The translations under genes were made by a program, and so were the position numbers. The notes under the pieces were generated by a model that was given only the letters and a program-made list of their open reading frames with translations, was not told the DNA's origin and did no database searches. 64,000 nucleotides of DNA from IMG/VR virus record IMGVR_UViG_3300049137_000157, positions 1 to 64,000 of that record; one strand, 5' to 3'. The stretch comes from a virus. Positions 9,588-19,126 of this stretch are shown here, one piece after another (the stretch's first letter is position 1; each line of letters starts with the position of its first letter).

Positions 9588-10015
9588 TGGGGAACACCAA
9601 CCGCCGCATCAAGGAAGTCTGGAGAAGGCCGGAGTTCCGGGATCGCCTCGGTGAGCTGGAGACCCGTCAGGACTTCGAGAAGCGGACCGGGATGTCGCCG
9701 ACGGCGCTCTCGACCCGGCTCTCGTCGTACGCCAACTGGGCTCCGCAGCCGGTCGTCATACGAGGTAAGACCAAGTACTTCGTTCCCGAAGAGTTGGACC
9801 AGTTCATCGCGAAGATCGAGGACAGCGGCCCTCGGTCGATGGCAGAGCTGGCTCGGGCGAATCTCGCCCGAGCGAAGATGCAGCGCGAGGAGGCGCAGGA
9901 GCGGGCGGAGACGCACCGTGAGCACCTCCAGAAGGCCGAGCGTGACATCAAGCAGGCCGAGCGCGACGAGCGGGAAGCCCAGCTCATCCTCAAGGGGCTG
10001 GGCGAGGGCGAGTAG
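9587..10015 (+). CDS. putative DNA-binding HTH plus coiled-coil protein
   Basis: Coupled to ParB-like gene; N-terminal excisionase-like pattern, C-terminal heptads. Confidence 0.5.
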   Translation: MGNTNRRIKEVWRRPEFRDRLGELETRQDFEKRTGMSPTALSTRLSSYANWAPQPVVIRGKTKYFVPEELDQFIAKIEDSGPRSMAELARANLARAKMQREEAQERAETHREHLQKAERDIKQAERDEREAQLILKGLGEGE

Positions 10016-10050
10016 GTTCTCTGGTTGACCAACTGAAGTAGAACACCTGA

Positions 10051-10085
10051 AGCAGCCCTGGCTCTATCCGCCGGGGCTGCTTTTT
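10051..10085 (+). terminator. intrinsic terminator
   Basis: gcagccctgg/ccggggctgc then TTTTT. Confidence 0.7.
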
Positions 10086-10153
10086 GGTACCACCAGAAAT
10101 TCAAAAATGGTCCCTTCGGGGGCCTTTTTTGCTACCCTACGAAAGGACAGGAA

Positions 10154-10363
10154 ATGTTGGGCTTCGAAGTGAGATTCGAAGACCACGGACGTTTCGGTGT
10201 GGCGGCAGTCGAGCCTCGTACCGGCGTCCGGTGCACGGGTGACTCGATAGAAGAAGTGCGCCGCGAGATGCACAAAGCGCTCCGTGATTACGTTGAGATT
10301 CACGGCGCTCCTTCGCCGGAACCTGACGCCCCCGTGCAGACGATCGAGATCATCGTGATCTGA
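10154..10363 (+). CDS. HicB-like protein (N-terminal domain only)
   Basis: GVRCTGDSIEEVRREMHKALRDYVE matches HicB xGxTxEEA...xAL pattern. Confidence 0.55.
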   Translation: MLGFEVRFEDHGRFGVAAVEPRTGVRCTGDSIEEVRREMHKALRDYVEIHGAPSPEPDAPVQTIEIIVI

Positions 10364-10734
10364 ACGGAAAGGGTGAGGAACGTGTCGCGCTCGACCTACT
10401 ACACACTCGTCCGTCACAACATGTGGACGGTGCGGGAATTGGGGCAGTTTCGTAACGCCCTTCAGCCGTATCCCATCACGGTCCGCGTGGCTCTCCTGGT
10501 GGTGCACGCCGGGGGGACGGTGTTCCGGAGCGAGGAGCAGGCGTGGGACGCCGCCGAGCAGTGGACACAGAGCGGGAGCACAGGTATCCCGGATGGCATA
10601 TTCATAAACATGCCAAACCTTAACCTCCCCCTGTTCTGCCCAGTGTTTTCAGGGGATCTCCTAGCGGCATAAGCTGGGTTCACCCTTCTACGGAGGGGAC
10701 CCTGCTTGATCCCGCCCCTGCAAGGAGATCCGAT

Positions 10735-11250
10735 ATGGCCCAGATCAAGGGCATTTACCTGCGAGAACCGCCCAAGAGTCCCGACATGTACACGTCGAAG
10801 GCTGCGGCGTTGTTGGCCGAACCGCACAAGACGGTGGCCGACCGAGCGTTTCCGAAAGATAAGATCGAAAGCGTCAAGAACGCCGCGTCGAGGGTGAACT
10901 CCGACCGGCGAGGAGATTGGCCTTTCAACCAGTTCTTCGGCATCTGGGAGTATGCCGACGACGCGGTTCTGAAGATCCCTGCTTCCGGCGAAGAGGACGA
11001 GCGGACGTCCTTTCTGGGATTCGCCGTGAACGGGGAGGTCATCGGCGAGGACGGAAGTTCGGTCGGCATCCTGAGCGAACTCCGCCAGGAGCCCGGCGTC
11101 GACGTCGGAGGCTGGGTGCTGCTGATCGGCGTCCATCCCAACGTCCCCAAGGGCTGGGAGCGCATCGTGTACGGGACGCGCAGGCGACGCCGAACCGACG
11201 CTCTCGAAACGGAGAATCCGGGACACGCTGAAGAGCACTCGGAGGAGTGA
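10735..11250 (+). CDS. hypothetical protein
   Basis: RBS aaggag; terminator 11253-11283 follows. Confidence 0.65.
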   Translation: MAQIKGIYLREPPKSPDMYTSKAAALLAEPHKTVADRAFPKDKIESVKNAASRVNSDRRGDWPFNQFFGIWEYADDAVLKIPASGEEDERTSFLGFAVNGEVIGEDGSSVGILSELRQEPGVDVGGWVLLIGVHPNVPKGWERIVYGTRRRRRTDALETENPGHAEEHSEE

Positions 11251-11252
11251 AA

Positions 11253-11283
11253 AGAAGGGCCGCGTCCGGGCGGCCCTTCTTTG
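11253..11283 (+). terminator. intrinsic terminator
   Basis: agaagggccgc/gcggcccttct then TTG. Confidence 0.65.
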
Positions 11284-11294
11284 TTGGAGCAGTC

Positions 11295-11304
11295 GGCCTA
11301 GGCC
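11295..11304. promoter_or_regulatory. GGCCTAGGCC site
   Basis: Exact match; TATGTT -10-like hexamer downstream. Confidence 0.7.
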
Positions 11305-11338
11305 GTCCTGCTATGTTGGCGAGGGAAGGGAAGACCCC

Positions 11339-11512
11339 TTGGACAGGAAGATCTGCGTTGTGGTTCGGGACAACTGCACTGGCTACGAGCAGCGAATAGA
11401 CCTCGACCTGTCCCCGCAGGAGGTCGAGACCGTCAACCAGGTGGGGACCAAGCTGGCAGTGGCGACCGACTGGGACCTGAATCTCTTCACCGTGCAAACT
11501 CGGGCGGCATAG
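11339..11512 (+). CDS. small hypothetical protein (57 aa)
   Basis: TTG start after gagggaaggg. Confidence 0.45.
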   Translation: MDRKICVVVRDNCTGYEQRIDLDLSPQEVETVNQVGTKLAVATDWDLNLFTVQTRAA

Positions 11513-11542
11513 GCGTCGCATCACGGAAAGGAAATAAGAGGC

Positions 11543-11878
11543 ATGACCGAAAAGACCTCATTGGCGGGATTCGTCGTCCGGCAGCGGAACGCGGGTGAAT
11601 CCTCGGCGGGTCGCCCCGTTCTGACGGCCGGTTCCGAGATCTGGATCGGTGAGTACGGTGACGATCTCCCCCGGGTCTTCACGAGCGAGAAGGCCGCGCT
11701 GGACGCTTGCGGCAAGGAGTATGCACCACGGAACGGCGCTAGCTGGGACTGGATCCCGCACGAGGAGAACGGTGTCCGGGTGTACTGCATGTGGACGCTG
11801 CACCCGACCACCGACGCCCCTCTCCAGCAGCTCCCGGCTACGGTCACTCCTTCCATCCTGGAAGGGCCCGCCGATTGA
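11543..11878 (+). CDS. hypothetical protein
   Basis: RBS aaagg/gagg. Confidence 0.6.
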   Translation: MTEKTSLAGFVVRQRNAGESSAGRPVLTAGSEIWIGEYGDDLPRVFTSEKAALDACGKEYAPRNGASWDWIPHEENGVRVYCMWTLHPTTDAPLQQLPATVTPSILEGPAD

Positions 11879-12026
11879 GCCGGGTCGAGCGCGATCGGTC
11901 AGCTCTTACCGGGTAGAAGAGTGTTCAGGTCACGGACATCTCGTACGGACCTGGTGAAGAACCCGAGACGGCACCAACCCTCTGGTACTTCCTGAACTAT
12001 TACGAACTCCCAGAAGGAGCCGCCCT

Positions 12027-12314
12027 GTGTTCACCGCGATCTGCTCAAGGACCGAATCGGGGTTCACTCTCCGAGTTCTGGAGGACGGCTGTCGCGACGG
12101 CGACAAAGTGCGCAACGTCGTCCGGGAGCACCTGGACTGGGGCGACTTCCGGCCCGCCTCCGCAGGGCACCGCCTGATCGATCTGGGTTGGATCATCCGA
12201 CCGGACGTCCGGGGGCCGGATCGGGTCAATGGGTGGATCAAAGCAGACCCCTGCCTGGGAGAGGTCTGGACCGTGCCGGTGCTTCGCGTGGAAGAGGTCG
12301 TCGGCACCTTCTGA
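12027..12314 (+). CDS. hypothetical protein
   Basis: RBS aaggag. Confidence 0.55.
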   Translation: MFTAICSRTESGFTLRVLEDGCRDGDKVRNVVREHLDWGDFRPASAGHRLIDLGWIIRPDVRGPDRVNGWIKADPCLGEVWTVPVLRVEEVVGTF

Positions 12315-12415
12315 GGGCGAGGTCCGGCCGACTCAAGGAACAGTCCCGCTCCGGCGGGGCTTTCCGCATTCCTGCGCCCTGAACTGGGCCGGGAAAGGGC
12401 GGATGATCTGACAGA

Positions 12416-12601
12416 ATGGCAGATATTCCGCTCCGTTCGTCCCGTGGGGATGTCGTGATGCATTCGCATGCCCTTGTCCGTGCACTGGTCGGCGCGGTTA
12501 CGGCGCTGACCGTCTATCTCTACATACAGGGGGCCATTCTCCTGTATGACATCTACCAACTCTTCCGGTGGGCTCAGGAGCTGACGGACCCGCTGAGCTG
12601 A
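12416..12601 (+). CDS. small putative membrane protein
   Basis: Hydrophobic stretch ALVRALVGAVTALTVYLYI. Confidence 0.4.
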   Translation: MADIPLRSSRGDVVMHSHALVRALVGAVTALTVYLYIQGAILLYDIYQLFRWAQELTDPLS

Positions 12602-12710
12602 TCCCCCGGAAGCAAGTGACCGAAGCAACAGGGACGCTGCCCACCATTGGGCAGCGTCCCCGCCTGTTGTTCGGAAGACTTGAAGGCATCCCGGGAAGGG
12701 GAAGATCAAA

Positions 12711-12920
12711 ATGTTCGGCATCGAGGTGAAGCGCTTCTGGCACTCTTACTGGGGCTATGTGATCTGTAAGTTTCTGGGTCACGCCAAGGCTGACATGTTG
12801 CCCGAGAAAGGCAACGAGCACTGCGACTGCGGAGCCCGCCACGCGTACCGAGGCTGCTCGCGCTGCCGCAGTGCGATCGACCCCGAAGGAGGCGGAAGCG
12901 ATGGGGCAGAACAGGCGTGA
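12711..12920 (+). CDS. small Cys-rich hypothetical protein
   Basis: ICKFLGH...CDC...CSRC. Confidence 0.55.
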   Translation: MFGIEVKRFWHSYWGYVICKFLGHAKADMLPEKGNEHCDCGARHAYRGCSRCRSAIDPEGGGSDGAEQA

Positions 12921-13137
12921 CAGCGGTCCTCAACGGGCCGCCAAGACTCGCTGGGCGGAGAACAGTCGATGCCCGAAGTGCGGCCGGGGAGGCGCTCTCC
13001 GCAGGGGGCGTGACGTCTGGGACGACCTGGACGCACGCGTCTACGTGGCGATCAGTGAATGCCGCTGGAGAGACAGCGGAGAGTGCGATCACCGGGAAGC
13101 CGTCGAGACCCGCATCCCGTTCCCGCCCGAGGGATGA
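12901..13137 (+). CDS. Zn-ribbon hypothetical protein
   Basis: CPKCGR...CRW...C. Confidence 0.55.
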   Translation: MGQNRRDSGPQRAAKTRWAENSRCPKCGRGGALRRGRDVWDDLDARVYVAISECRWRDSGECDHREAVETRIPFPPEG

Positions 13138-13230
13138 GGTCCACGTCACACGAGAAGCGTCCAATCCTGGACGGTCCGCCTCCCGGCCTTTCGGGATGCT
13201 GGACACACACACGAGGAAAGGAAGAAGAAA

Positions 13231-13527
13231 ATGCCCGAAGAGTTCATCGCTCCGACGCTGGTCACGGACGTGGAAGGTCCGGATGCTGGGTCATTCACTC
13301 CAGCGCGAGCCATGGCAACGATCATGCAGATCAGTCACACCATGGACGACAGGGTCCTGAGGGGCGACATCGGAACCCTGGCACTGCTGTACTCCTTGTA
13401 CTTCTCGCCCGTGTTCATCCCCCTCAGGGCCAGCCGTGATGCCCTGTACGCCCTGGAGGCGGCAAACCTGATCAGTCTGAAGTGGTTCGGCGAGAAGGCC
13501 GTCAAGGTGACCGTCCTGGCCGGTTGA
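13231..13527 (+). CDS. hypothetical protein
   Basis: RBS aggaaagg. Confidence 0.6.
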   Translation: MPEEFIAPTLVTDVEGPDAGSFTPARAMATIMQISHTMDDRVLRGDIGTLALLYSLYFSPVFIPLRASRDALYALEAANLISLKWFGEKAVKVTVLAG

Positions 13528-13593
13528 TCCCGCCTCGACGCAGAGGGGGTGCCTAGGAGACCGGGCACCCCCCATCTGTCCCGGCGGTCTCGG

Positions 13594-14487
13594 TCAGTCC
13601 CCTCGCCGCATCCCGAGCAGCTTCCACCACTCCTCTTCGCCATCCCACTCAATCTTCCAGGTCCAGCCTTGGGCATCGACGACCTGACGGGAGCCACCTC
13701 CGTGTTCCTGCCGCAGGACCGCAGGGAGGATCTCCCCGGCGAGATGGTCCCGCAGGCGACCCAGGACCGCCGTCACGTTCTCTGCGGAGAGGGTGATGCC
13801 CTCCCTCTCCCGGGCGTAGTGTCGGAACGGCCTCCACGAGACTTGTATCTCGGACGGGCCGATCTTCCTGAGGGCCTCCCGGGCCCATCCTGGCGTATGA
13901 GTCTTGGCGCTGTTGCCCCGAGAGGTCCGCGAGGGGACGCCCGCCTTGTACTGGGCCCAGGTCCGCTCCCTGTGCCGGGTGGAGTATCCGATGACCACTC
14001 CGGCGTCCGACGAGAGCCGCAGGCCGTAGCCTTCCCGGTTGAAGCTGATCCGGTACAGGCCGTTCTCGTTCCGTTCGGCGTGACCGGACAGGATGAGGTC
14101 CTCCAGAAGACTACGGATCTGGATTTCCGCCTCCTGGTCGGTACATCCGTAGCGGTGGGCGAACTTCTCCCGGACTACCCGAGCCACGGAGACGCTCTGT
14201 ACGTCCTCGACGTCGAGGGGGGAAGCGCAGGACGTCCACACCCGGACCGGCTGACTGCTTCGTCCGTCTTCAGCCTTCTCCTTCCGGGCTCCCTCCCGGC
14301 TCTCCTGCCGGGCGAAACCGTCGCAGTTACCGCACCACCCGTCCACGCGGACCGTCTTGGTGGTGCAGGGCGACCCGTCGGCATAGTGCCGTTTGCAGGT
14401 CTGGGGCGACCTCTTCGGGGGTGCTGGAAGGAAACCCACGGCTACTCCTGTCGGTTGAGAATCAATTCCTCGATCGTACTGAAGCAA
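13594..14487 (-). CDS. hypothetical protein with N-terminal Cys cluster, downstream of recombinase
   Basis: C-x7...C...WCGNC; 7 bp after recombinase stop. Confidence 0.6.
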   Translation of the reverse strand: MLQYDRGIDSQPTGVAVGFLPAPPKRSPQTCKRHYADGSPCTTKTVRVDGWCGNCDGFARQESREGARKEKAEDGRSSQPVRVWTSCASPLDVEDVQSVSVARVVREKFAHRYGCTDQEAEIQIRSLLEDLILSGHAERNENGLYRISFNREGYGLRLSSDAGVVIGYSTRHRERTWAQYKAGVPSRTSRGNSAKTHTPGWAREALRKIGPSEIQVSWRPFRHYAREREGITLSAENVTAVLGRLRDHLAGEILPAVLRQEHGGGSRQVVDAQGWTWKIEWDGEEEWWKLLGMRRGD

Positions 14488-14493
14488 GGAGAC

Positions 14494-15603
14494 CTATTTC
14501 TGGAGATTTGCGGCACCCGAGAACCGGTTGATCAAGTCCGAGTAGACCTGCACTGCGGCTCCGGCGTGTGCGGCCTTGCGTGAGGTCGCATCATCCCTGC
14601 GGATGTACCCCAGAGTCGTCTCGATCGCAGCGTGGTCGGCGAACTCCTGGATCTCCTCAACGGGGACTTTGTCCCGGTGCATGTGCGTCAGCCGGGAGGC
14701 TCGCAGGACGTGCGGGGTGAGGTCCCGCCCGATGAGGACGCCCGACTTCTTGCCGAGCCGGACCAGGAGCTGGAGGACCGAGTGGCGGTCGTGCGGCTCA
14801 CCTTTGTCGTCGAGCAGGAGGGGTCCCGTTGTGCGCCCGTCTGCGGCAGCGTCGATGAGGGCGAGAAGGTCGTCCGGCAAGAACCACATACGGCCTTTTC
14901 CGCCCTTCCTGCGGAGGTCCAGGACCCTCCTGCCCTCCATGGGGCGCAGCTTGCTCAGGTCGGCCTTGCAGCACTCCGAGACGCGCGCCGCGATCGTGTA
15001 GAACAACACCGGGATGACCGCCTGACGCGCCGTCTCGGCGGCCTCGACGACCCTTTGGAACTCCTCCACAGTGATCACGGGGGTGGCCGTGGTCTCGTCG
15101 TGTCGGTCGACCTTGATCCGGTCGTGCTTGGTCACGGGGGAGGGGATGGTCGTCTTGGTCTTCCAGGCGGCGTACTGGGTGAGCGAGGACAGGGCCGACA
15201 GACGCCTGTTGATGGTCCTGGGTGCCCGCCCAAGAGCCTGTTGGCTCTTGACCCAGGTCTCCACCATGCCGGGCGTGATGGCCCCGATGAACAGCCGCTG
15301 GTGGTTTCCGAGTTCACGTGCCACCTGAGCCCACAGCCTCACGTCGTCGGCGTAGTTCCGTTTCGTCTCGACGGAGGGGATGGAGTTGGAGCCGAGCCAC
15401 GAGGAGACGATGTTGAAGGTCTCCCGCTCGCACAGCTCGGCGAGGAGTTCAAGTCTCCATCGCCGCTCCCCGAGTCGCCGGTTCCTGGGGTCGCGGGGGG
15501 CCACCGTTCCCAGTATGTCGCGCAACCAGTAGAGAGCTTCGCTACCCGAGTGGGGTAGCGCGATCTGTGACTCCGTGTGCAGGGGAACCGGAGTGTGGAT
15601 CAA
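14494..15603 (-). CDS. tyrosine recombinase (XerC/D / phage integrase family)
   Basis: Catalytic R (ARVSE), K (RKGGK), HxxR (HVLR), H..Y (DHAAIETTLGY); SAM-like PRTINRRLSALSS; TTG start chosen after aaggaagg. Confidence 0.9.
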   Translation of the reverse strand: MIHTPVPLHTESQIALPHSGSEALYWLRDILGTVAPRDPRNRRLGERRWRLELLAELCERETFNIVSSWLGSNSIPSVETKRNYADDVRLWAQVARELGNHQRLFIGAITPGMVETWVKSQQALGRAPRTINRRLSALSSLTQYAAWKTKTTIPSPVTKHDRIKVDRHDETTATPVITVEEFQRVVEAAETARQAVIPVLFYTIAARVSECCKADLSKLRPMEGRRVLDLRRKGGKGRMWFLPDDLLALIDAAADGRTTGPLLLDDKGEPHDRHSVLQLLVRLGKKSGVLIGRDLTPHVLRASRLTHMHRDKVPVEEIQEFADHAAIETTLGYIRRDDATSRKAAHAGAAVQVYSDLINRFSGAANLQK

Positions 15604-15804
15604 GGTCTGGAGCCTTCCTTCCTTGGCTTCGCTCGGTCCAGGCAAGCTGTCCGGATGGGTAAAACTTGCCTGGATCGGCGACTTGCCTGGCGCAGTAAAG
15701 CTGCGATTCGAGGCAAGTCGGTTCGTTCAGCGCAGGTGTCTGCGGTCACAGTTCCCGAAGTTGTCTCGTAATCTCGCCTACTTGCGACGAGCTTCCCTCT
15801 TTCG

Positions 15805-16221
15805 TCAGATGATCCACGCATCCCGGTACTCCGAATGCCATGCGTACACCCCGGCCAGGATCTTCAGCATGCCGATGGCGAGGTTCTTCTGCTTCTCGGG
15901 GGAGTCCGGGTCGGCCAGGATGTCCTCCACCGTCCGCAGCAGACCCCGGTCACCTTCGAGTTGCTGTTCCGTCCGGTAGCGCGTCGCGGGTCGGGCGTAT
16001 CGCGCGATACGGATCTGATCAGTCTCGGCGTGACCGCACGGGGAGAATCGGGCCCTGGGCGGTGAGTGGAACCCGATGTCCAAGGTCATCTTGTCCGTGA
16101 CCTCCCCGCACCGAGGGCAGGGGTCGCCGTCACGCCAGGGCGGTCCGAGCCGGTTCTCCATCTCGGTCTCGGTGTGCCGGGCGCGAAGGAAGCTCAGCAG
16201 ATCATCCGTCAAGTTCTCCAT
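15805..16221 (-). CDS. DUF6221-like hypothetical protein
   Basis: N-term DDLLSFLRAR and C-term LKILAGVYAWHSEYRDAW recall a common Streptomyces MGE family. Confidence 0.5.
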   Translation of the reverse strand: MENLTDDLLSFLRARHTETEMENRLGPPWRDGDPCPRCGEVTDKMTLDIGFHSPPRARFSPCGHAETDQIRIARYARPATRYRTEQQLEGDRGLLRTVEDILADPDSPEKQKNLAIGMLKILAGVYAWHSEYRDAWII

Positions 16222-16330
16222 GAACCCGTAGTGTAGGCCCACACATAAGGCAGGTTATGCGTATCGTCAGGAGCGATTCTCCCGTGTCGCCTTCAGGGGC
16301 GACAGACGGGGCTCGAAGCCGATAGACTGG

Positions 16331-16344
16331 ACGGCCTAGGCCGT
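16331..16344. promoter_or_regulatory. GGCCTAGGCC site in divergent promoter region
   Basis: Perfect 14-bp ACGGCCTAGGCCGT after TAGACT. Confidence 0.7.
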
Positions 16345-16362
16345 ATGAAGAGGGGAAGCGTC

Positions 16363-16749
16363 ATGGAAGAGCCCGTCGGGAGCATCAATTGGCCGGAGCT
16401 GCGAGCCGAGCTGGTGGAGTCGGGTGACGAAGTCTTGATCGAAGCACATCGCAACGAGCTGATGAACAGCCTCCGCACGCAGGGCACTTCAGCGAAGCCG
16501 GGCGAGATCGACCCCACCTCCATCGAGTCGGCGGCCCCCGGACGGACCGAAACCCTTCGCGTGGGCGGCAACCTGCACGTCTACCGCGTCACTCAGGATC
16601 GCGAGACCTTCAAGGGATGCGTACTCCGCAGTCTGACGCGTGACGGTTTCCTCGCCCAGAACTCTCTCGGCGTCAACATCCTCACGCCGGAAGGCAGCCC
16701 GTTCTGGAGTGACGAACCGACAGCCGTCGACGCGGTGGCGAATTCCTGA
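16363..16749 (+). CDS. hypothetical protein (possible C-terminal wHTH)
   Basis: RBS gagggg. Confidence 0.55.
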   Translation: MEEPVGSINWPELRAELVESGDEVLIEAHRNELMNSLRTQGTSAKPGEIDPTSIESAAPGRTETLRVGGNLHVYRVTQDRETFKGCVLRSLTRDGFLAQNSLGVNILTPEGSPFWSDEPTAVDAVANS

Positions 16750-16789
16750 CCCGGTCTGAACTCCTGCACCACAGAAGGGACTTGCAATC

Positions 16790-17134
16790 TTGGAACCTGA
16801 CAACGAAGCCGATGACCTCCTTCTCCAGGGGGCCGACGCGGCGGATGGACTGGCCGCGATGCTCAAGATGATGCAGGGACAGGAGGACAAGGTCCGGAGA
16901 ATCCTCGCCGACATGCAGCCCCAGGTGCGCCTCCGACTCCTCGCCACAACCATCAAGTTGGGACGAGTCATCCGAGACGTCAACGCCCTTCGCTGCACCC
17001 ACTGCGGCGAGATCGTCCGGCAGACGAAGTCGCCGGACCCCCGCCATCGCACCTGGTACCACCTGGAAACCCGGTCCCTGCTTTGCCCGAACGGGAATTC
17101 CACCGCAGAGGCAAAACTGTCGAACGGAGAATGA
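16790..17134 (+). CDS. hypothetical protein with Zn ribbon
   Basis: CTHCGE...WYH...LLC. Confidence 0.55.
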   Translation: MEPDNEADDLLLQGADAADGLAAMLKMMQGQEDKVRRILADMQPQVRLRLLATTIKLGRVIRDVNALRCTHCGEIVRQTKSPDPRHRTWYHLETRSLLCPNGNSTAEAKLSNGE

Positions 17135-17135
17135 A

Positions 17136-17348
17136 ATGACCGCAGCTCGAATCATGCCAGCTATTCCCGGCATCCGACTCCCGCTCTCTCACCTGGAAAC
17201 CGAGGAGTTGATGGAACTGCTTCTCGTGACGGAACATTCTCGGGCGGAAATGCTGACGAAGAGAATGGTGCAGGCATCGAAGAATCCTGCACTCTACGCC
17301 CGAACTTTGGAGCGTGTTCGTTCTCGGGTGACGCTCAACAAGAAGTAG
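17136..17348 (+). CDS. hypothetical protein
   Basis: coupled to previous gene. Confidence 0.5.
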   Translation: MTAARIMPAIPGIRLPLSHLETEELMELLLVTEHSRAEMLTKRMVQASKNPALYARTLERVRSRVTLNKK

Positions 17349-17379
17349 CACGACATCGAAAGGAAAGGAGGTGATACGT

Positions 17380-17772
17380 GTGACCCGATTACCACGAGTT
17401 CTGAATGGGAAGTATCGATGCTGGTCCTGTGGGGGATACCTGGAACACGACGCGTTTCCGAAGAACAGGAACGCCGCTCACGGGATCAGTAGCACCTGTA
17501 AGAGGTGCATGGCCATTCGAGGTCACGGTCTCACCTGGGAACAGTATTGCAATCTCCTGGAAATGCAGGAAGGGTCGTGTGCCATCTGCGGAGAGGAGTC
17601 CGACAAGTTTGTCATCGACCACGATCACGCCTGCTGTCCCGGCACACACTCTTGCGGAAAATGCGTTCGCGGACTTCTGTGCAATGGCTGCAATTCCGGC
17701 CTCGGTCACTTCAGGGAGTCCTCCCGGGTCATGCAGGAGGCCATTGCGTATGTCAGGTTGTACAACGCCTGA
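17380..17772 (+). CDS. recombination endonuclease VII family (HNH-like) protein
   Basis: CAIC...VIDHDHACC...VRGLLCNGCNSGLGHF plus N-terminal CxxC..CxxC. Confidence 0.85.
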   Translation: MTRLPRVLNGKYRCWSCGGYLEHDAFPKNRNAAHGISSTCKRCMAIRGHGLTWEQYCNLLEMQEGSCAICGEESDKFVIDHDHACCPGTHSCGKCVRGLLCNGCNSGLGHFRESSRVMQEAIAYVRLYNA

Positions 17773-17821
17773 GAAAAGCGGATCTTCCGGATCTTGAAAG
17801 AAAAAGAGAGGTGAGAAAAGG

Positions 17822-18211
17822 GTGAACGAGCACCACCCGGAAGGCTGGTATTGGTGTAGATCGTGTGAAGAGTATCTGGCGCGAACAGAATTCCATCAGG
17901 ACAAGTCGTGTCGGCTGGGCATCGCAACCCTCTGCAAGCAGTGTGCGGTAATTCAATCCCACGGAATCACTCGCGCCGAATACGACGGGTTGCTGCGTCT
18001 TCAGGGAGGGAAGTGCGCGATATGCCCATCGAAGCCCTCTAAATTCATTATCGATCACGACCATGCCTGCTGTCCTGGAAGACGATCCTGCGGTCGTTGC
18101 GTACGAGGTTTGTTGTGTCAGGGATGCAATTTAGGGCTGGGGGCTTTCCGGGATTCCACGGGCTCCCTGTCGGCAGCAGCCGAATACCTGCGTATCTACA
18201 ACGAGGAGTAG
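17822..18211 (+). CDS. recombination endonuclease VII family protein (tandem paralogue)
   Basis: CAIC...IIDHDHACC...VRGLLCQGCNLGLGAF. Confidence 0.85.
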   Translation: MNEHHPEGWYWCRSCEEYLARTEFHQDKSCRLGIATLCKQCAVIQSHGITRAEYDGLLRLQGGKCAICPSKPSKFIIDHDHACCPGRRSCGRCVRGLLCQGCNLGLGAFRDSTGSLSAAAEYLRIYNEE

Positions 18212-18219
18212 GGGTCCGG

Positions 18220-18612
18220 ATGTATCGAGCCGGGGACTGGGTGATCCCCCTGGTTGGCCAGCACAAGGGTGAAGAGATGAGCATCTCCAGCGTGCGGATG
18301 TTCGCCACCGACAGTGGCTACTACCTCAAGGGAGACCGAGAGGGCGGTCTGTACGAACCACGTCAGGTGAAATTCTCCCGAGAGAGGGAGAACGGAAACC
18401 CCTGCGGACGTCCGTGCGTTCCCCGACTTCACGAAATCCTCGGTACCTGCGACTGCTGTCGTGGAAAGTGCTTCTGTGTTCTCCAAGATGCAGTTGCCAG
18501 GGCTTCCGTCCGCGAAGCCCTAGAAGAGAAGCGGCGATCGGCAGACAACATTGTCGAATTTCCCGGACATGGAAAGAGGAAAAAAGAGGGTGAATCCGAT
18601 GGTGAAACATGA
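18220..18612 (+). CDS. hypothetical Cys-rich protein
   Basis: ORF fills gap; start uncertain. Confidence 0.5.
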   Translation: MYRAGDWVIPLVGQHKGEEMSISSVRMFATDSGYYLKGDREGGLYEPRQVKFSRERENGNPCGRPCVPRLHEILGTCDCCRGKCFCVLQDAVARASVREALEEKRRSADNIVEFPGHGKRKKEGESDGET

Positions 18613-18727
18613 CGGTCCAGTGCATTTCGCCGAAAGCAACATGGACGAACCGTGGTTCACGTCCGCCAGACCCACTTCCAACTAAACCCACGAACGTGAC
18701 GCCGCGTCTTCAGAAAGGACAGGAAAA

Positions 18728-19096
18728 ATGTCCGAGCAAGAGAACTTCGATGGCTGTTCCAGGGCCTGCCGTCAACGGGGCAAGCACACCCTGACGGCCG
18801 GAGCGTGCGAACAGGCACCGAAACCCGAACCCACAGTCTCGATGAACAAGATCTACATCGCCGAGGACGGCTACCCCTCGATCGGCTACGACCAGTACAC
18901 CGTGCAGCAGCTCGCCGACCTCATCGAGCCCGCGCTGCATCGTATCCAGATCCGCTTCGGACCCAACGCACTGACCCTTCTCCAGCGAGGTGAGACAGTC
19001 GGCCTGTCCGGCGGTGAGTACGCCGACCTGGCGCGCGAGGCGGCGTATGCCATCGTGCACCGGAACGACTCGGCCGACATGGGCGACAAGGACTAA
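18728..19096 (+). CDS. hypothetical protein
   Basis: RBS aaagga. Confidence 0.6.
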   Translation: MSEQENFDGCSRACRQRGKHTLTAGACEQAPKPEPTVSMNKIYIAEDGYPSIGYDQYTVQQLADLIEPALHRIQIRFGPNALTLLQRGETVGLSGGEYADLAREAAYAIVHRNDSADMGDKD

Positions 19097-19126
19097 CTCG
19101 CGCTAGCAACGAGGGAAAGGGGAATC

